A DNA stretch of 58,873 nucleotides, the filler included, from Sphacelaria rigidula (taxonomy: Eukaryota): assembly GCA_964200075.2 (NCBI GenBank). It is 5 parts of 5 records of this genome, joined end to end, with 100 filler letters (N's around TTAATTAATTAA, not from the genome) between each part and the next. Parts side by side here need not be neighbours in the genome. Positions count along the whole stretch, not along the records: positions 23,592 to 35,285 come from CAXNAA020004617.1; positions 35,386 to 47,079 come from CAXNAA020004618.1; 3 more parts are not named here. One strand, given 5' to 3'. The notes below the pieces were generated by a model. That model was not told where the DNA came from. It saw only the letters and a program-made list of their open reading frames with translations, and searched no databases. Made by a program: the position numbers and the translations under genes. Shown here piece by piece: positions 23,896 to 36,178 of the stretch (position 1 is its first letter; each line of letters starts with the position of its first letter).

Positions 23896-25242
23896 CGAGA
23901 TGGCCGCTGAACAAAACTTCGTGCGCAAAAATCTGTGCTTGCCGACCCCCTCCAAAATTCTGTGTGCCGTAACATCCGGCCTGACGACCATTTTTTTCCG
24001 GGAACGCCCGAACCTCTCCCCCCCCCCCCCCAAATTAACGCCCATGTATTTTTTTATTAGCATACCTTATCCCTGCGTGCTGCCAGCCTTGGCTTGTTTG
24101 CGTCCTCTCATCACGGAGAGTCTGCCGCTGCATATTACAGATGAATAATTTTCGAATCGCTCACCGCTTTGAATTGGATTTGAATGTCATCTCTATCATA
24201 GGATGTTCAGCTCCTCAATGTGAGGGGTCACATCTTCTACAATTTCAATATTTTGAAGGAAAAACAAGTCAAATAACGCAATTTTTTCTCGCCTCCGGCA
24301 GCGCTCCGGTGGGCCCCTCTCACCAGCCGGGGGGGGCAGTTTGCGGCGACGCCGATCAACTGAAAAAATATCGATGTGCTGGCCACTGGCGCGGCCAGTT
24401 TAAACTCAACTGGCCGAAGCAGCCAGTTCACAGCCCTGAGAAATTACGTCGAGGCTTCCTGACCTGCAGTCACTGTCTTTTTCTCGTTCGAGCAATCAAC
24501 GTTCCCCTTTCTGGTGGCCGGTAACAAGCTTTACGATATTGGCACTTAATCACGACAGCAGAGGTCTGAAAAATCGCCTTTGAAACTAGGAACCATCTGC
24601 TGCGGAAGTTGTGGTTGTGACGTTGTGACCGGGCTAGAGAGTCTGAAGTACAGCAGGTACGGTGTATACCACCCCCGGGTGCCTCCCCAAGGTGGTGGGT
24701 TTCGGGGGCCCAAAAAGTTAGTCATCACCAGTGGGCGAACCCTCGTCAACAGGGAGTATCTCTTCTGCCGGTGTAATGATATTCATCGTAATCAAGTACC
24801 GTCGGTATAATGGAAAAAAAGCCCAAGATTCACCAACCGGCGGTGTTCCTCGTACTCAGGGAGGGGGTGGTAAACAGCATTCACGTGAAAAACATGCGTG
24901 GTGTACTTATGTACTGCCTACTGTAGTGTACGGTAAAAAAATTGCACCAGAAATGCAGGGTCAAATGTACTTTTGAGTTCTCACCGCTGTCGCCGATGAC
25001 CAGTAGCTTGACGAGATAGTCGAAGTTTGCTGCAGAAAGCATCCTGTATTCACTACCTCCTACCTCCCTCTTGTTCAGTTTAGATCTTCCGCTGATAAAG
25101 GTAGGGCAGACACGGTACAGTAGTTGCTAGCCTGTATTGTTGTCGAGTTTTGGAACGAAATATCCCGATGAAGCTGTGGACCCCGCCCCCACCGGCAATC
25201 TGATGAGGCTCCACAACAGTGTTCCACTCGCCGGCTGGTGTG

Positions 25243-25278
25243 CAGCAACAGTAGCAGCAGCAGCAGCAGCTGCAGCAA
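25243..25278. repeat. Imperfect (CAG)n microsatellite
   Basis: Visible run. Confidence 0.85.
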
Positions 25279-27249
25279 TATTAACAATCTTGGTCTGCTC
25301 CTAGATCCCCCCCCGAGTCTTGGTTCCTGTTGTTAGCACTGCCTGCTGCTGCTGTATCGTGTGTGTGTATGAACCAAGAAGGTCACGCCAATCTGTCCGA
25401 TCACAAGTTCTTCTACTTTAGTTCTCGCGTCAAAACGCCAATGCAATGCAAAGCCAAACCTTGTTAGGCTGCAACCGCAGAGCTGCGTATGATTTATCAA
25501 GGGCGAAAGCACTGATCCCCTGTGAGATTTGGGTGGGTTGTGTAAGAGTGTCGCCTACGAGGGAGCAGCAAGTCAGTGCCTCTGTTCGACCTGAATGGAT
25601 CTGGTCAATCGGGCTTTCGAAGTGAAGGGACACACAAGACCAACACTGGCTGTCGTCGGTGCTACCACTCTACCTTCCCTTTATCTCTAAATCTCAGACA
25701 CTTCTACTATCGCTACACTTGACCTAAGCTGTGGTGCTGCACTTGCCTCCTGTTAAAAGTCAACGCTGTTGACGTGCGATGCTACTGTCACTACTGTTGT
25801 AGCGGGACAGGATCAGCGAACAACAGATGACGGTGTATAACACCCTATTTACCCATGTTACAGCCTCCATTTTCTGGATTAAAATGACATCGATGTCATC
25901 ATGAGCTATTGAATAATTATCATTAAAAAATGAGCATGAATTGAATGTCTCTTTCTTCCTTTTCAGATAATCGTTCACGGAGAAGGTTAAGCTTAAAATA
26001 CTGATCGCTTAGGGGTGTTATATCCCGTCCACGTTGTAGGCGTGCGGGGACTATAGTAATACATTTTTATCTGGGATTCTCCTTAATATTTTATCCAAAC
26101 TGATTTCCGGGCTGGAACAAGCAGGCAAGGCCCAAGGATTTGAAACTAGAAAGGAAATAGGAAGCTTTGCCGGAGAGATAACGCGGGGAGAGAAAGGAAG
26201 AGCAGTGAAAAGGAGAGAGAGGGAAGCAGAGAACGAAAGGAAGATAGAGAGACAGGGAGATTGGAGCAATCACGGAGAGAGATAGCCTATTAACACAGTT
26301 TATCGCAAGAGACATCGGTGAGCCTTTTCCTTTTCTCGGTGCTGCACAGATCAGCTCCCCGAATCACGAACAGGACTGTTGGAAGCACATGTGTTCAGCG
26401 AGTTTTTTTGCATTGCATGTGGCGGTTTCTCTTGACATTCTAAAATCAAGTGTTTTATCTGTGTAAATGATCAACAAAACCCGTTTGTGTTCGCAATGAC
26501 GCTTTCTGTCTCCCTCCAAAGAAATGTGCATGAGATATGTCGACTGTGTGTGCTCGTTTGTGTGCCGACTTGCCCTGTACGAGTTGTACAGATGAACATA
26601 GCCTGATGGTTGGGCTGACGTTAGTTGTGCCATTCCGAAAACACCCACACAGCCTTATGATAATGCCGTCTGTTGATAGGGCGTGTTAAGTCGTTGATGG
26701 TGGCGCCCATCGCGCACCTGATATTCATACGCTTCTTTTTCCCCCGTTGCCATCGTGGAATTTGATCACGTTTACTGTAAATACATCGTGTTGACCTGTA
26801 CTCTGTTCTGTTATTTTACTACTACTACATTGTACCGTATGGCACCGCTCTGTCGTCCGCGTTGTGGTGACTGCTCAACAGTCACCACGAAACAGGGCTT
26901 ACAATCATCAAGCTTGAAAATATACATGACTGAAGAAAGAACGTATACGCCCGAATCACATCCAGGGTTCGTTGTGGGAGCGCGGCCTTTCGTTGTGCTT
27001 TCTCGATATCCATTACAACAGTACAGTACAGACAGTACAGCTGTCCTTTTCCCCTCATTTGGGTCGTCAACGTCTAAAATACATACTCCGAGTACTTTTT
27101 TTTTCAAAAGTCAACACTCTCCGGCTCTACAGTAGTCTGTGCTGTACTATGAAATAGTGTAGTGAAGACGCACTTCCGTACAGGGAGCACATCCTTCCGA
27201 ATATATCCCATCTGGATTCCAGGGTAAACTGCCGTGTAGCACGAACACG

Positions 27250-29620
27250 CAACACGAAGCTTGCTTTGAGTTATGCGGTTTGCAAATATGTGCGTGTGAT
27301 ACAGTTGTCGGTGCGTGATGAGTGCGGAAGGGCACGAGACAAGCAGGTGATTTCTGCTGCCGCCAAAAAGCTACTTCTTCACAATCAGAGGTGCTGATCA
27401 AAGAGAGAAGCCCCCGTTTTCGTGTCTGGATTTCTGAGTAAGAAATCCCACAGAACACAATTCGGGCCTCATCGAGTTTTGCTGTGCGCACCCATTTGCG
27501 TACTCATACGCCACTGTGTTCCGTCGGGCAGGTCGCGCCCCGCCATAGCACAGGGGCCTCCCGGTCTGGTCATCAGCGTACTTTCTTCACCGTCGTCTGA
27601 TTGAGTATGGAGTATGTGCATGTATTACCTTAGTGCAGGGTGTCAGCGTCATGCTCGTAGTTTTTGCAGGAGCGTGTTGTCGAAGATGTGAAGATCGTTG
27701 TTCGAAACACAAACTCTGTTTACTGTTCGCATCGAAAGCTGGTCAATGATTATATTTGGAACAGGGCAGTGGTCGCCAATACCTATGGCGTGGATAGAGA
27801 CAATCGCATCAGTTTAGCAGCACAAAGTGTCTGCTACCACGACAGACCAGACGGTATTCAACTATTCCATGGGCTGTCCTGTACACTACTTTGCTCTTGG
27901 CTCTACCCCAGAGACTGTTGAGGTTTCAAGGCTTCACCAGTACGTACTGCTGTCCTGTATGCAGCCGAGTGAGCGGTAGAAACTGCACGTGACGTCATAG
28001 ATCGTGCAAGGGTCGGGAACATGTGATGTCTCCTGTGTCCCTTGCGATATGGTGTCAAACTCAAAGACATATAGGCCTTTCGTGCTTGCCACAACTCCTT
28101 CTCGATTAGCACACCCCACTTAATCGAAAAACCCAGGTGATATCGTGCAGTGGCCGATAGTACAGGAACGGTGTCAGCTTTCAGCTTCGTACCGCATTGT
28201 ACGGTACAGCGTCACGGTATAAGGTACAAAAGTAACAACAACAACGTCAACAACACCACTAGACAATAGTACGGCACAACAGTTTACGTAGTACTGAAAT
28301 CAAGACTACAAGCATCACATCAGAACAGTATCGTACAATCGTATACAGCTGTGCACACAGGTGTAAGTCGACACTCAGCTCTCGCGTCACCCATGCCCGT
28401 GAGGGCAATCAGGGCGGGCGTTTTGCTCGTACATGAAGCACACATCAAGGAGCACCATGCTCCCGTCTCGCCCTTTTTTTCATTCAACTATTTTAGTTGC
28501 AGATGAGCTTTTGATCCGGCACGATGTGCCTACTGCGATGAGCCGCGAGTACATCGAGGTCACTGGACTCGTCTTGTCTTGGTGATACAGTATGACAGTA
28601 CGACAGGATGACAAAGTCGGTGTAGACGGCTCTTCTCCTTCTCTGCTTATACTTGTACAACGACGTGGCAACTCGACTGGTCATCGAGAATATGTGTTCA
28701 TCGCACGATGTTCTACCTTATACCTGTTTCCACTGCCCGTCCGCTCGTAAGCCATCTGCCCCAATTTAGGCATGTTGGCTCCTTCACCAGTATATGTTTG
28801 TCAGCCCGCGGTTGTTCAGCCTTGCCAGGCTCATCGAGGCTTTTACCTCAAAAACTGGATGGATACTGTAGTTTTTCATAATGACATTCCACATTACACG
28901 CGATTTCGCAGCATCCCTCTTTCTGCCCAGAAAATCAGACACATATATAAATACACCTTGTCACTGCTTTCAATCCCACTTCACCCCCTTTTCGCATGTA
29001 AAGAGTACGGTCTGTCCGTGCACTCCGTTCTTTACTACTGCCTGTCTTGTTGTCTTCTAGCCATCTACATCATCCGTGTACGGAGTATAACACCCTCCTA
29101 ACTGACATGATTTTGTGCTTTTTTTCGACGCCACCTCAGTACCCACGTACAGACAGTCCTGTAGAGGGTAGGGAGTATATCATTTTCCCCATAGCTAAAA
29201 GTATCAGGTTCGGGTGATGAGATTCTGGGTTCCACGGACTCACATTCGCGCGCTGTATAAACCGTGTTTACCCCCCCGTCCGCACGGTACAACATTCGTG
29301 TGGACATGTGTGATACGTGTGGACATGTGTGATGTACACGACAACACTGCGACCTCTCGAAAGTGTGGACGATAGAGTTGGTACGCCCCTACCCGAGGAA
29401 GGCGCTGCTTGGTGAGTATGAAGCAGCTCCTGGATACAGGATACAAAACACTTCAGTGGGTGAGGTACAGCCCAACGGTATTCATGTTCCTCTCAAGTCA
29501 TCTCAGAGTTTACAGACTGTATCGGCGTTTTCGCTTCTTCAATTCCGCTCCGCACAGACAAGCAGTTCACGTGCCAGCTACAACGGCGGCGAGCTCGAGT
29601 AGGACACTGCATCGCCTGAT
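27250..29620 (+). pseudogene. Highly degenerate, apparently intron-containing hAT transposase
   Basis: Motifs in correct order: YAVCKY (BED-like, about 27270), VSATTTD...YSMGCPVHYF (about 27825-27895), LRYGVKLKDI (about 28045), NDVATR/WSS with a 1-nt insertion (about 28658-28690), W...PYPRKALL...IQNTSVGE and KQF...RRRAR (hATC, 29365-29600). Confidence 0.6.
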
Positions 29621-30095
29621 ACGCATTATTCTTTCCTTTTCCAAGACGAGAAATCTCTCATCATACTTGAATCATTGCCCCCATTCATTACTTTCTCTAA
29701 CTGCTCTTCACCACGGGCTGACTTCACCGTTTTAATCCAACCTCTGAAGCATACACGAGCTCACGGTACTTGATTTAGAGACCACCCCCTTTCAAAATGG
29801 GGAAGACCGGAACACCCACGCCCAGGGGCCTTGTATCTAATCGTAAGGGTATCGCGTCCCATCTCTCTAGTTGACATCAATTTCACATGAAGTATGAACT
29901 GGCAGGCTCAGGTGCCCGTGTGCGGACGCCGAGAGCGTCTGCCTTTACTGTATCGCAAGTATTCGTCAGAAGGGCTGGACCGCGATGCGGGTAGTCCGAT
30001 GACTTTCAAGTGAAACTGATGCCGATTCACCAGGTGACCTTCCCTCGCGGTCAAAGGGTTAACGCGTTGACGGCCAGGGTAGGCGATCCGGATTA

Positions 30096-30195
30096 ACCCT
30101 TAGACAGCGAGAGTAGGTCATCTGTTTAATCGGCATCAATTTCACATGAAAAAAGTGCGCATAATCCAGATAAGACTACCCTCGCGGTCTAAGGG
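30096..30195. mobile_element. piggyBac-type MITE (100 bp) in a cluster of related copies (about 29870-30350)
   Basis: TTAA|CCCTTAGACAGCGAG...CTCGCGGTCTAAGGG|TTAA; another right end GGG|TTAA at 30058. Confidence 0.85.
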
Positions 30196-30782
30196 TTAAG
30201 TCACCATTTATTCAAGTTAAAATGATACCGATTCAGCAGATGAAGCACCTTGGCGGTTTTACCGCGAGGGTACGTCGCTGCTGAATCGGCATCAGTTGCA
30301 CTTGAAACCTGAAAATGATCCAGATGAACTACTCCGACGGTCGAAGGGGAGAGGGCGTGACAGTCAGTACGCTACGGAATTGCTGTGTCGTATGGGCCAT
30401 GACGAATCCATCGCACGACGGGCGCTACGCTAGCCCGTACACCATGGCTCTAGTACTGTACTTTTGAGCGCTTTCCATATGTATAATTGTCCTTGAGTAA
30501 TCTTCTTCATGCGGAATTTTCCTCGAGTATGACGGCATGAGGCACTCCTCCACCCCCCCCTCTGTCGCTACCCCCGATGCGGTTGGCGTCGGTTGGCGAT
30601 GACGCTACAAAACACGCCACTCACTGCGTAAGCGAGACAGGCAGATCACCGTGTTTTTTTGCGCGCTTTGCGTTTTTTTTGCGGTGATCATGATGCTAGT
30701 CGAGCTAGATCATGTTGTGCGGCGTGGGAGAACCTCAACTCCGCACAATGGGCATGATGTAATACAAAGTACGTGAGTGGTG

Positions 30783-31090
30783 GGAAACCCATGAGGCAGT
30801 GTGAACGAGTAGCCGTATCTGGACGTGGCGATTCCATATACTAAAGCAACTCATTGCACGCTGTCATCCAAATGCAAGATAATCAGTACGCTTCGGGCCG
30901 AACAATCTTAGCAGGATGCAGCTCACCCTTCATGCGACTCACCGGACACATCACGGCGCTTCGCGCTTGGTGATCGAGTGCGAGCCTGGTCCGGCGGAAA
31001 CCCAGCATACTCCGTTTGGCTTTGTAGGGATGCGAGGTCAATGGTCAGATGACCATGGCATGCCGACAGGATTATGAGTACACCCTCCCT
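30783..31090 (+). mobile_element. Dispersed repeat family B (longest copy)
   Basis: Ends ...gggatgcgaggtcaatggtc...atgagtacaccc. Matching pieces at 327-446, 11627-11697 (minus), 23371-23491, 35411-35520 and 39975-40080; diverged relatives at 40364-40430 and 47634-47705 (minus). Confidence 0.85.
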
Positions 31091-31127
31091 GCGTCGCTGG
31101 TGGAGTGCTTAGAGTGCGATATTCTAG

Positions 31128-31420
31128 TGTTGAATATACCGGGAACCTCGACTTCGAGACACCATCGCTGTCTGTGAGGCGGGTTTTCCCAGTTCGGCTC
31201 ACCGCACATCCGACACTTCGTTTCCGCCATAAAACAACGCTAAGAACCCTCAAACCGACCGACTAAAGCAGTGTGGCTGTGACCTGTGCACGTGAAAGCC
31301 CCTCTAAAACCTTTTGAAGTTTTAAGCATGACTTTTTAATGGACCCCCGTCCTCCGCAAGACCGTCAGGAGAACCCTGATTCATGGCACTACTCTCAAGC
31401 TGCCCCTTTACTCTATGAAG
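31128..31420 (-). mobile_element. Copia LTR + PPT + 3' UTR relic related to the 43091 element
   Basis: Starts TGTTGA at 31128; acctgtgcacgtgaaagcccctctaaaacc (about 31282-31311) matches acctgttcacatgaacatcccctctgaacc (about 43218-43247). Confidence 0.6.
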
Positions 31421-32109
31421 GTAAGGGAAAGAGAGAAGAGAAAGGGGAGGTGGGTTCAAGAAACGGTTTTGTATTCAAGTCACATCCTGTAGAAGTGCGG
31501 GTCAGCGCAAAGGCCGGGGTTAACGCACCTCTGTGCGATAACAAATCAAGTTAGGAATGATTTCGCTCGGTTGTCGCCCTTGGATCAGAGTCATGACACC
31601 CCTCCCTGCGTGATGACCCCGACCAAGATTCCACTTTCGGGTGTGAGGTTCCCTGCCGTCGCCTGTGGCCCCAGAGTAGATACCTAATCAGTATCGCACG
31701 TATCGGAGCGATCACACAGGGGTGACGTTAGAATCAGTGCTGAATCGTCGGTGGTGTCATTTATTCAGATTGCACGTGTAGCAGTTATCGCACAACAGTA
31801 CAGTGGTGGAGATATCATCACCCAGGGGTTATCGTTCTTATTGTGGTTGTTGTTGGTGGTGTTGTCTTCACATTAAAAACTGTTCCGATATCTGCGCGAT
31901 ACTCCGTACTGAGCATCTGATGCGGACGCCTTCCGTGGTCACAGGCCAACCACCCGAAGTAGGATGTTGGCCGCTTCTTACTAATATAGACAAGAATAAA
32001 ATCTGCAGAAGTGCCTTTTTGAAGCTTTCAAGGGTCGGACAAATAATGATTCGTCTGAAAATTACTTGGTTTTAGTATGATGAGTCGACTCGTGACGAAT
32101 CAGTCTCTA

Positions 32110-32345
32110 GGCTTTATTTCAGCGTTGCAACCCAGGTACACGTAGCTCAGACACGTGGAATGGCGCAAAAGCCGCGTGGATACCCCTTGGACCAGCGATC
32201 ATTTTTTTCTCCCTTTTGGGCAGTCAGGCCGATGAAATCGTGAATCTGGTGATTTTGAGTCGTGATGATTTGTCCTAACCGTGGAAGCTTTTGCGTAATT
32301 TTACGCCCCAAAAGAGAGCTAGGCGGAGTTTGACACCTTGGAATG
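32110..32345. repeat. Dispersed repeat shared with about 48465-48710 (inverted)
   Basis: cagcgttgcaacc...cacgtggaatggcgcaaa...gcagtcaggcc versus ggcctgactgc...tttgcgccatttccacgt...ggttgcaacgctg. Confidence 0.75.
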
Positions 32346-32989
32346 ACTTGCTCTACTAGTAGTAGTTGAGGTGGCTCCAGGACATCTTCCCGTTTTGCTG
32401 TGGCCGCAGTTTTTATTTTGGCCAAAAAAGAATTTTTGTCCAAAAACGGTAAAGAACAGTAAAATCTGGATATCGCCGCTACTTATATTATATTAGACAG
32501 GAATAAAAATCTCGGCAGGGGCCTTTTTGGAGCTTTTACGTCATTTTTCGCCCGAAAAAAGAGCTGGGCGGATGTCGACACCTTTGACTATCTTTCTGCA
32601 CTTATTGAGATGATTCCAGCAAACCTGTGCGTTTTCCCCATTGCCACAATTCTTTTCTTGCCCTAACTTGCATTTTTCTCGGAGACCGCTCATTTTCCTT
32701 GGAGATCGGTCGAGTCGACTAACATTCACGACCCGATCTCGAGTACAGCAAGGCATTCCAAGGTGTCAGAATCCACCCACTATAGCTCTGTTTGAGGGCG
32801 TAAAACGACCTAAAAGCTTCAAAAAGGCACCTTTCCCGTTTTTTTTTTGTCTACTATATAAAGAAGCAGAATAAAAATATCATCGGACCCAGAAAGCAGA
32901 TGAGACACGAGGAAGAAAAGAAATAAGATGATGAACAAATAAAAACCATACGTTTTCTCAGAAATCTCTCCAAGTAGTCATGTTGCCAA

Positions 32990-33965
32990 CCATAGGTATA
33001 CCACCAAAGCTTTAGGTCTACTGTTCGAAAGCCCCGAACGGCGCACATGTGAGAATCCTTACAGTACCGCGTACCTGCCGTACACCGCCCAAAATCCGAT
33101 CGGGCAAACGGCATTTGGTCCGCTGCTTCGAAGGTTCAAGATTTGAAGGTCTTGACTGCGACTGCGTTATAGTTCATAACCCTTTGACGGCAAAAACAGG
33201 TAGGTCACCTGTTGAATTCACATCAATATCACCTGAAATCAAGTACCGTTCGCATGCATCGCAGCCTAGGGGTACTCGCCAGACCTTCGCCGGTGGGGGA
33301 AAAAACAGAACTAACGTGAATCTCGCCGATTGCCGAGATGAACGCGACAGCAAGGAATGTGCCGGTAGGGGTACAATGATAACGAACAAGCCTGGGTGCA
33401 GGGTCCCCTTCACTTCAGGAGATGAACTTCAGGAGATGTGGCGGACAACTTGCGCGCTACATCCGTGTCGCGATTCGATCATCTTCAGACCACACGTAGT
33501 AGGTCAGTCGGAGAGGTTGAGGTTCCTACAAGTACTGTCCATCCGTACTGTTGTACGCAGGAGCGACCGTTTAGAGACAGTCAATACCGCACACGATAGA
33601 GGTGCACTGGGATTGGGATACGTCATGCATGGGCTCCAATCGAGGACTGCTTCATATTTGCGTTGAAAATGTTGACTTTTTCGTGAGCGCCTGCGGGAGA
33701 CCTACACCTATGAAAGACTGGTGCCGCGATAGCCCCCACCCCATCGAAACCAACCCCAAAACCTGTCACGAAGAAAATGGTCATACAGCGCATGCACCCG
33801 GTTTGAGAGTGTATGAAGCACCTAACATGGAAAAAAAATTGCGACAACGATCCCAGGCGTGGCAGCTCCCGTCTGCTCGGTGTGCTCGGCGTTTGCAATT
33901 CTGATTCGCATGTAGATTTTGCCTCCTCAAAGCGATGACTTTCCCGTGGCGGGCTATGATGGCGT
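32990..33965 (+). pseudogene. Unidentified degenerate coding relic, copy 2
   Basis: EMWRT, RGALG, VTKKMVIQ, LRVYEAP and DNDPRR...LLGVL...DFASS match the 48800-50440 copy; includes the 205-aa ORF 33049-33666. Confidence 0.6.
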
Positions 33966-34071
33966 CACTCTAAAGTCATTCTCCAGTGAATATAATGCCA
34001 ATTTAACACATCTAGGCTCTTGTTACCGATCACGCTCTCCCCAAACTTCTATACGGTAGGGCTCTGTCTCA

Positions 34072-34463
34072 GGCCCTGTCTCGGCACATGAGGTTTCGAT
34101 CGAAATTGTGCGGTGGAAAACGAAAATCCCGATCTGATCGGCCGTAATTTCAACCATCGCCGAAAGTTTTGACGATGGTTGAAATTACGGCCGATCAGAT
34201 CGGGATCTTATTTTCCACCAAGTTTCCACCGCACAATTTCGATCAAAAACCAATGTGCTAAGACAGAGCCTAAGAGCCTGTCTTACAACATCAGTTTTCG
34301 ATCGAGAACGTGCGGTGGAAAACAAAAATCCCGATTTGATAGGCCATGATTTCAACCATCGTCGTCAATTTTGAAGAGGGTTGAAATCATGGCCTATCAG
34401 ATCGGGATTTTTGTTTCCACCGCACTTTTTCAATCGAAAACTGATGTGCTATAAGACAGGGCC
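34072..34463. mobile_element. Two tandem palindromic Tourist/Harbinger-like MITEs (34072-34270, 34274-34463)
   Basis: GGCCCTGTCT...AGACAG(A/G)GCC termini with tca / taa / taa trinucleotide flanks; each unit is almost fully self-complementary. Confidence 0.82.
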
Positions 34464-34786
34464 TAAGAGCCTAGACACACGAATACTCACCACGGTGGCT
34501 AGAGGGTTTCGAGCAGGGATTGTTGTTACGCGCTACCCTCTGACCCATGGGAATACATTTTCGCCGTAAGTATTATTTTTTTTCTTGCCGCAGCTTGAAG
34601 CATCCCCGATCCACGAAGCCCCTTTTCCCACGGAGCCCCCATTTACGCATCATGTTCAGCACACGTTCCAACATTGGCAGAGCAAACGTACATACACAAA
34701 ACACAGTACAAGACGCGAAATAAACTAAGAATACTTCGATTCCGCTCGGTGATGCTCTGTGCTCGAGGTCACTGTCCGCGATGATT

Positions 34787-34962
34787 CACACCCTGGACAA
34801 TGACAATATATGGTCAATAGATACAATAGGCAACACATGTACTGGATGAAGTTTAAGCTCATTGCAACTACTGACGGCCGACAATAATTCCAATAGGTCT
34901 ATACTTCGCCCAGTACAGTTCTTGTCTATTACATCAATTGATCATATATTGCCCAGGGTGTG
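34787..34962. repeat. Palindromic MITE-like element with CACACCCTGG termini
   Basis: cacaccctggacaa...tgtactggatgaagt versus acttcgcccagtaca...ttgcccagggtgtg; no clear TSD. Confidence 0.7.
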
Positions 34963-35285
34963 CAATGTTTGCCGTAGACCGAAAGAAATGTACGTGAACA
35001 ATGCTTGGTACTCGGTTTTACTTGATTTCAGAATGAAGAAAGTTCTGAGAAAATTCATGATTTGGGGCAGGTGAGCAGTGGTGAGCAGTAGACTCAGCTG
35101 GTCCAGAACGTGTTTTGGTCCAAAATCGGCTCGAAGGCGTCGATGTGAGCTCTCGCAACGCAGACTTCACGTAAGAAACACTCAGCATCCCGCTTGCCCG
35201 AGGGTTCTCGATATGGCTAGGGTTAGGGGTGCACTTTTTTCGCGAAATTTTGTCTGGTTCAGGGGCTCCTAACGATTCTAGACGC

Positions 35286-35385
35286 NNNNNNNNNNNNNNN
35301 NNNNNNNNNNNNNNNNNNNNNNNNNNNNNTTAATTAATTAANNNNNNNNNNNNNNNNNNNNNNNNNNNNNNNNNNNNNNNNNNNN
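35286..35385. other. Artificial contig-join spacer
   Basis: Same 100-bp spacer. Confidence 0.98.
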
Positions 35386-36142
35386 CCCCCCTCAGGTGGG
35401 GGGGAAGGTCGCGAGCCTGGTCCGGCGATTACCCGGCGCACTCCGTCCCGGCTTTGTGGGGATGCGAGGTCAATGGTCTTATGACTATGGTATCCATGAT
35501 CATGAGTACACCCTCCCCCCACTCAGGTTGAAGGGCACTTTGTGGCCCGCTCTCAAAACTGGTTCAAATGATCTCGTGTCGTCGGGCCTTCTATTCTGTA
35601 CCCCTCTGACATCTGCAGGAAAAGCTCTGAGGAACACTAACGGTCGCTCCATTTTCAAGTTTGAATGGACATCATTTGAGCGGGTGCTGACCCTTTCTGT
35701 GCGTGTGCTGTGCGCGCGTCTCCCGCAAAACATCGTTTCTCATTGGATTCTGAAAAAATATTCGTGCAAGGTCACGCACAACGTGCTCAGCTGATGAGCA
35801 GCACCGTCATTGTGTTGGAACTGTGCCATGTGCGATTACGCAACGCACATAGCTATCACCGGTCCTCAAGTATCTTGGAATCCGATCTACTGATCGTGGC
35901 GGCGAAAGCCACCGAAGCCCTTGCAGTAGTAGTATCAATCAGGCACAGGCGGTTGGACACTTTATCCCAGCATATGCGTTGCGGCTCTTTTTTGTCGCGC
36001 AGCTCGCGGTCCCCGATGTCCCTGGCGTGGCGGAGGTGTGGCGCTTGCATTGGGAGGCCGAGCTAGTCAAGCTCAATTCGGACATGGAGGTGTGTCTTGA
36101 GACCAGAAGAAATGCATTCGAGTAGGGTGAATGTAAATTCTT

Positions 36143-36178
36143 TTGTTGTTGTTGTTGTTGTTGTTGTTGTTATTGTTG
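36143..36178. repeat. (TTG)n microsatellite
   Basis: Visible run. Confidence 0.95.

Noticed and set aside
25195-25240. Hammerhead core CTGATGAG (also at 35791)
   Set aside because: No stem II followed by GAAA is visible.
32850-32868. Helitron-like 5' end TCTACTATATAAAG
   Set aside because: It is part of a motif repeated in inverted form at about 31972 and 32477, and I found no matching 3' hairpin-CTRR or RepHel sequence.
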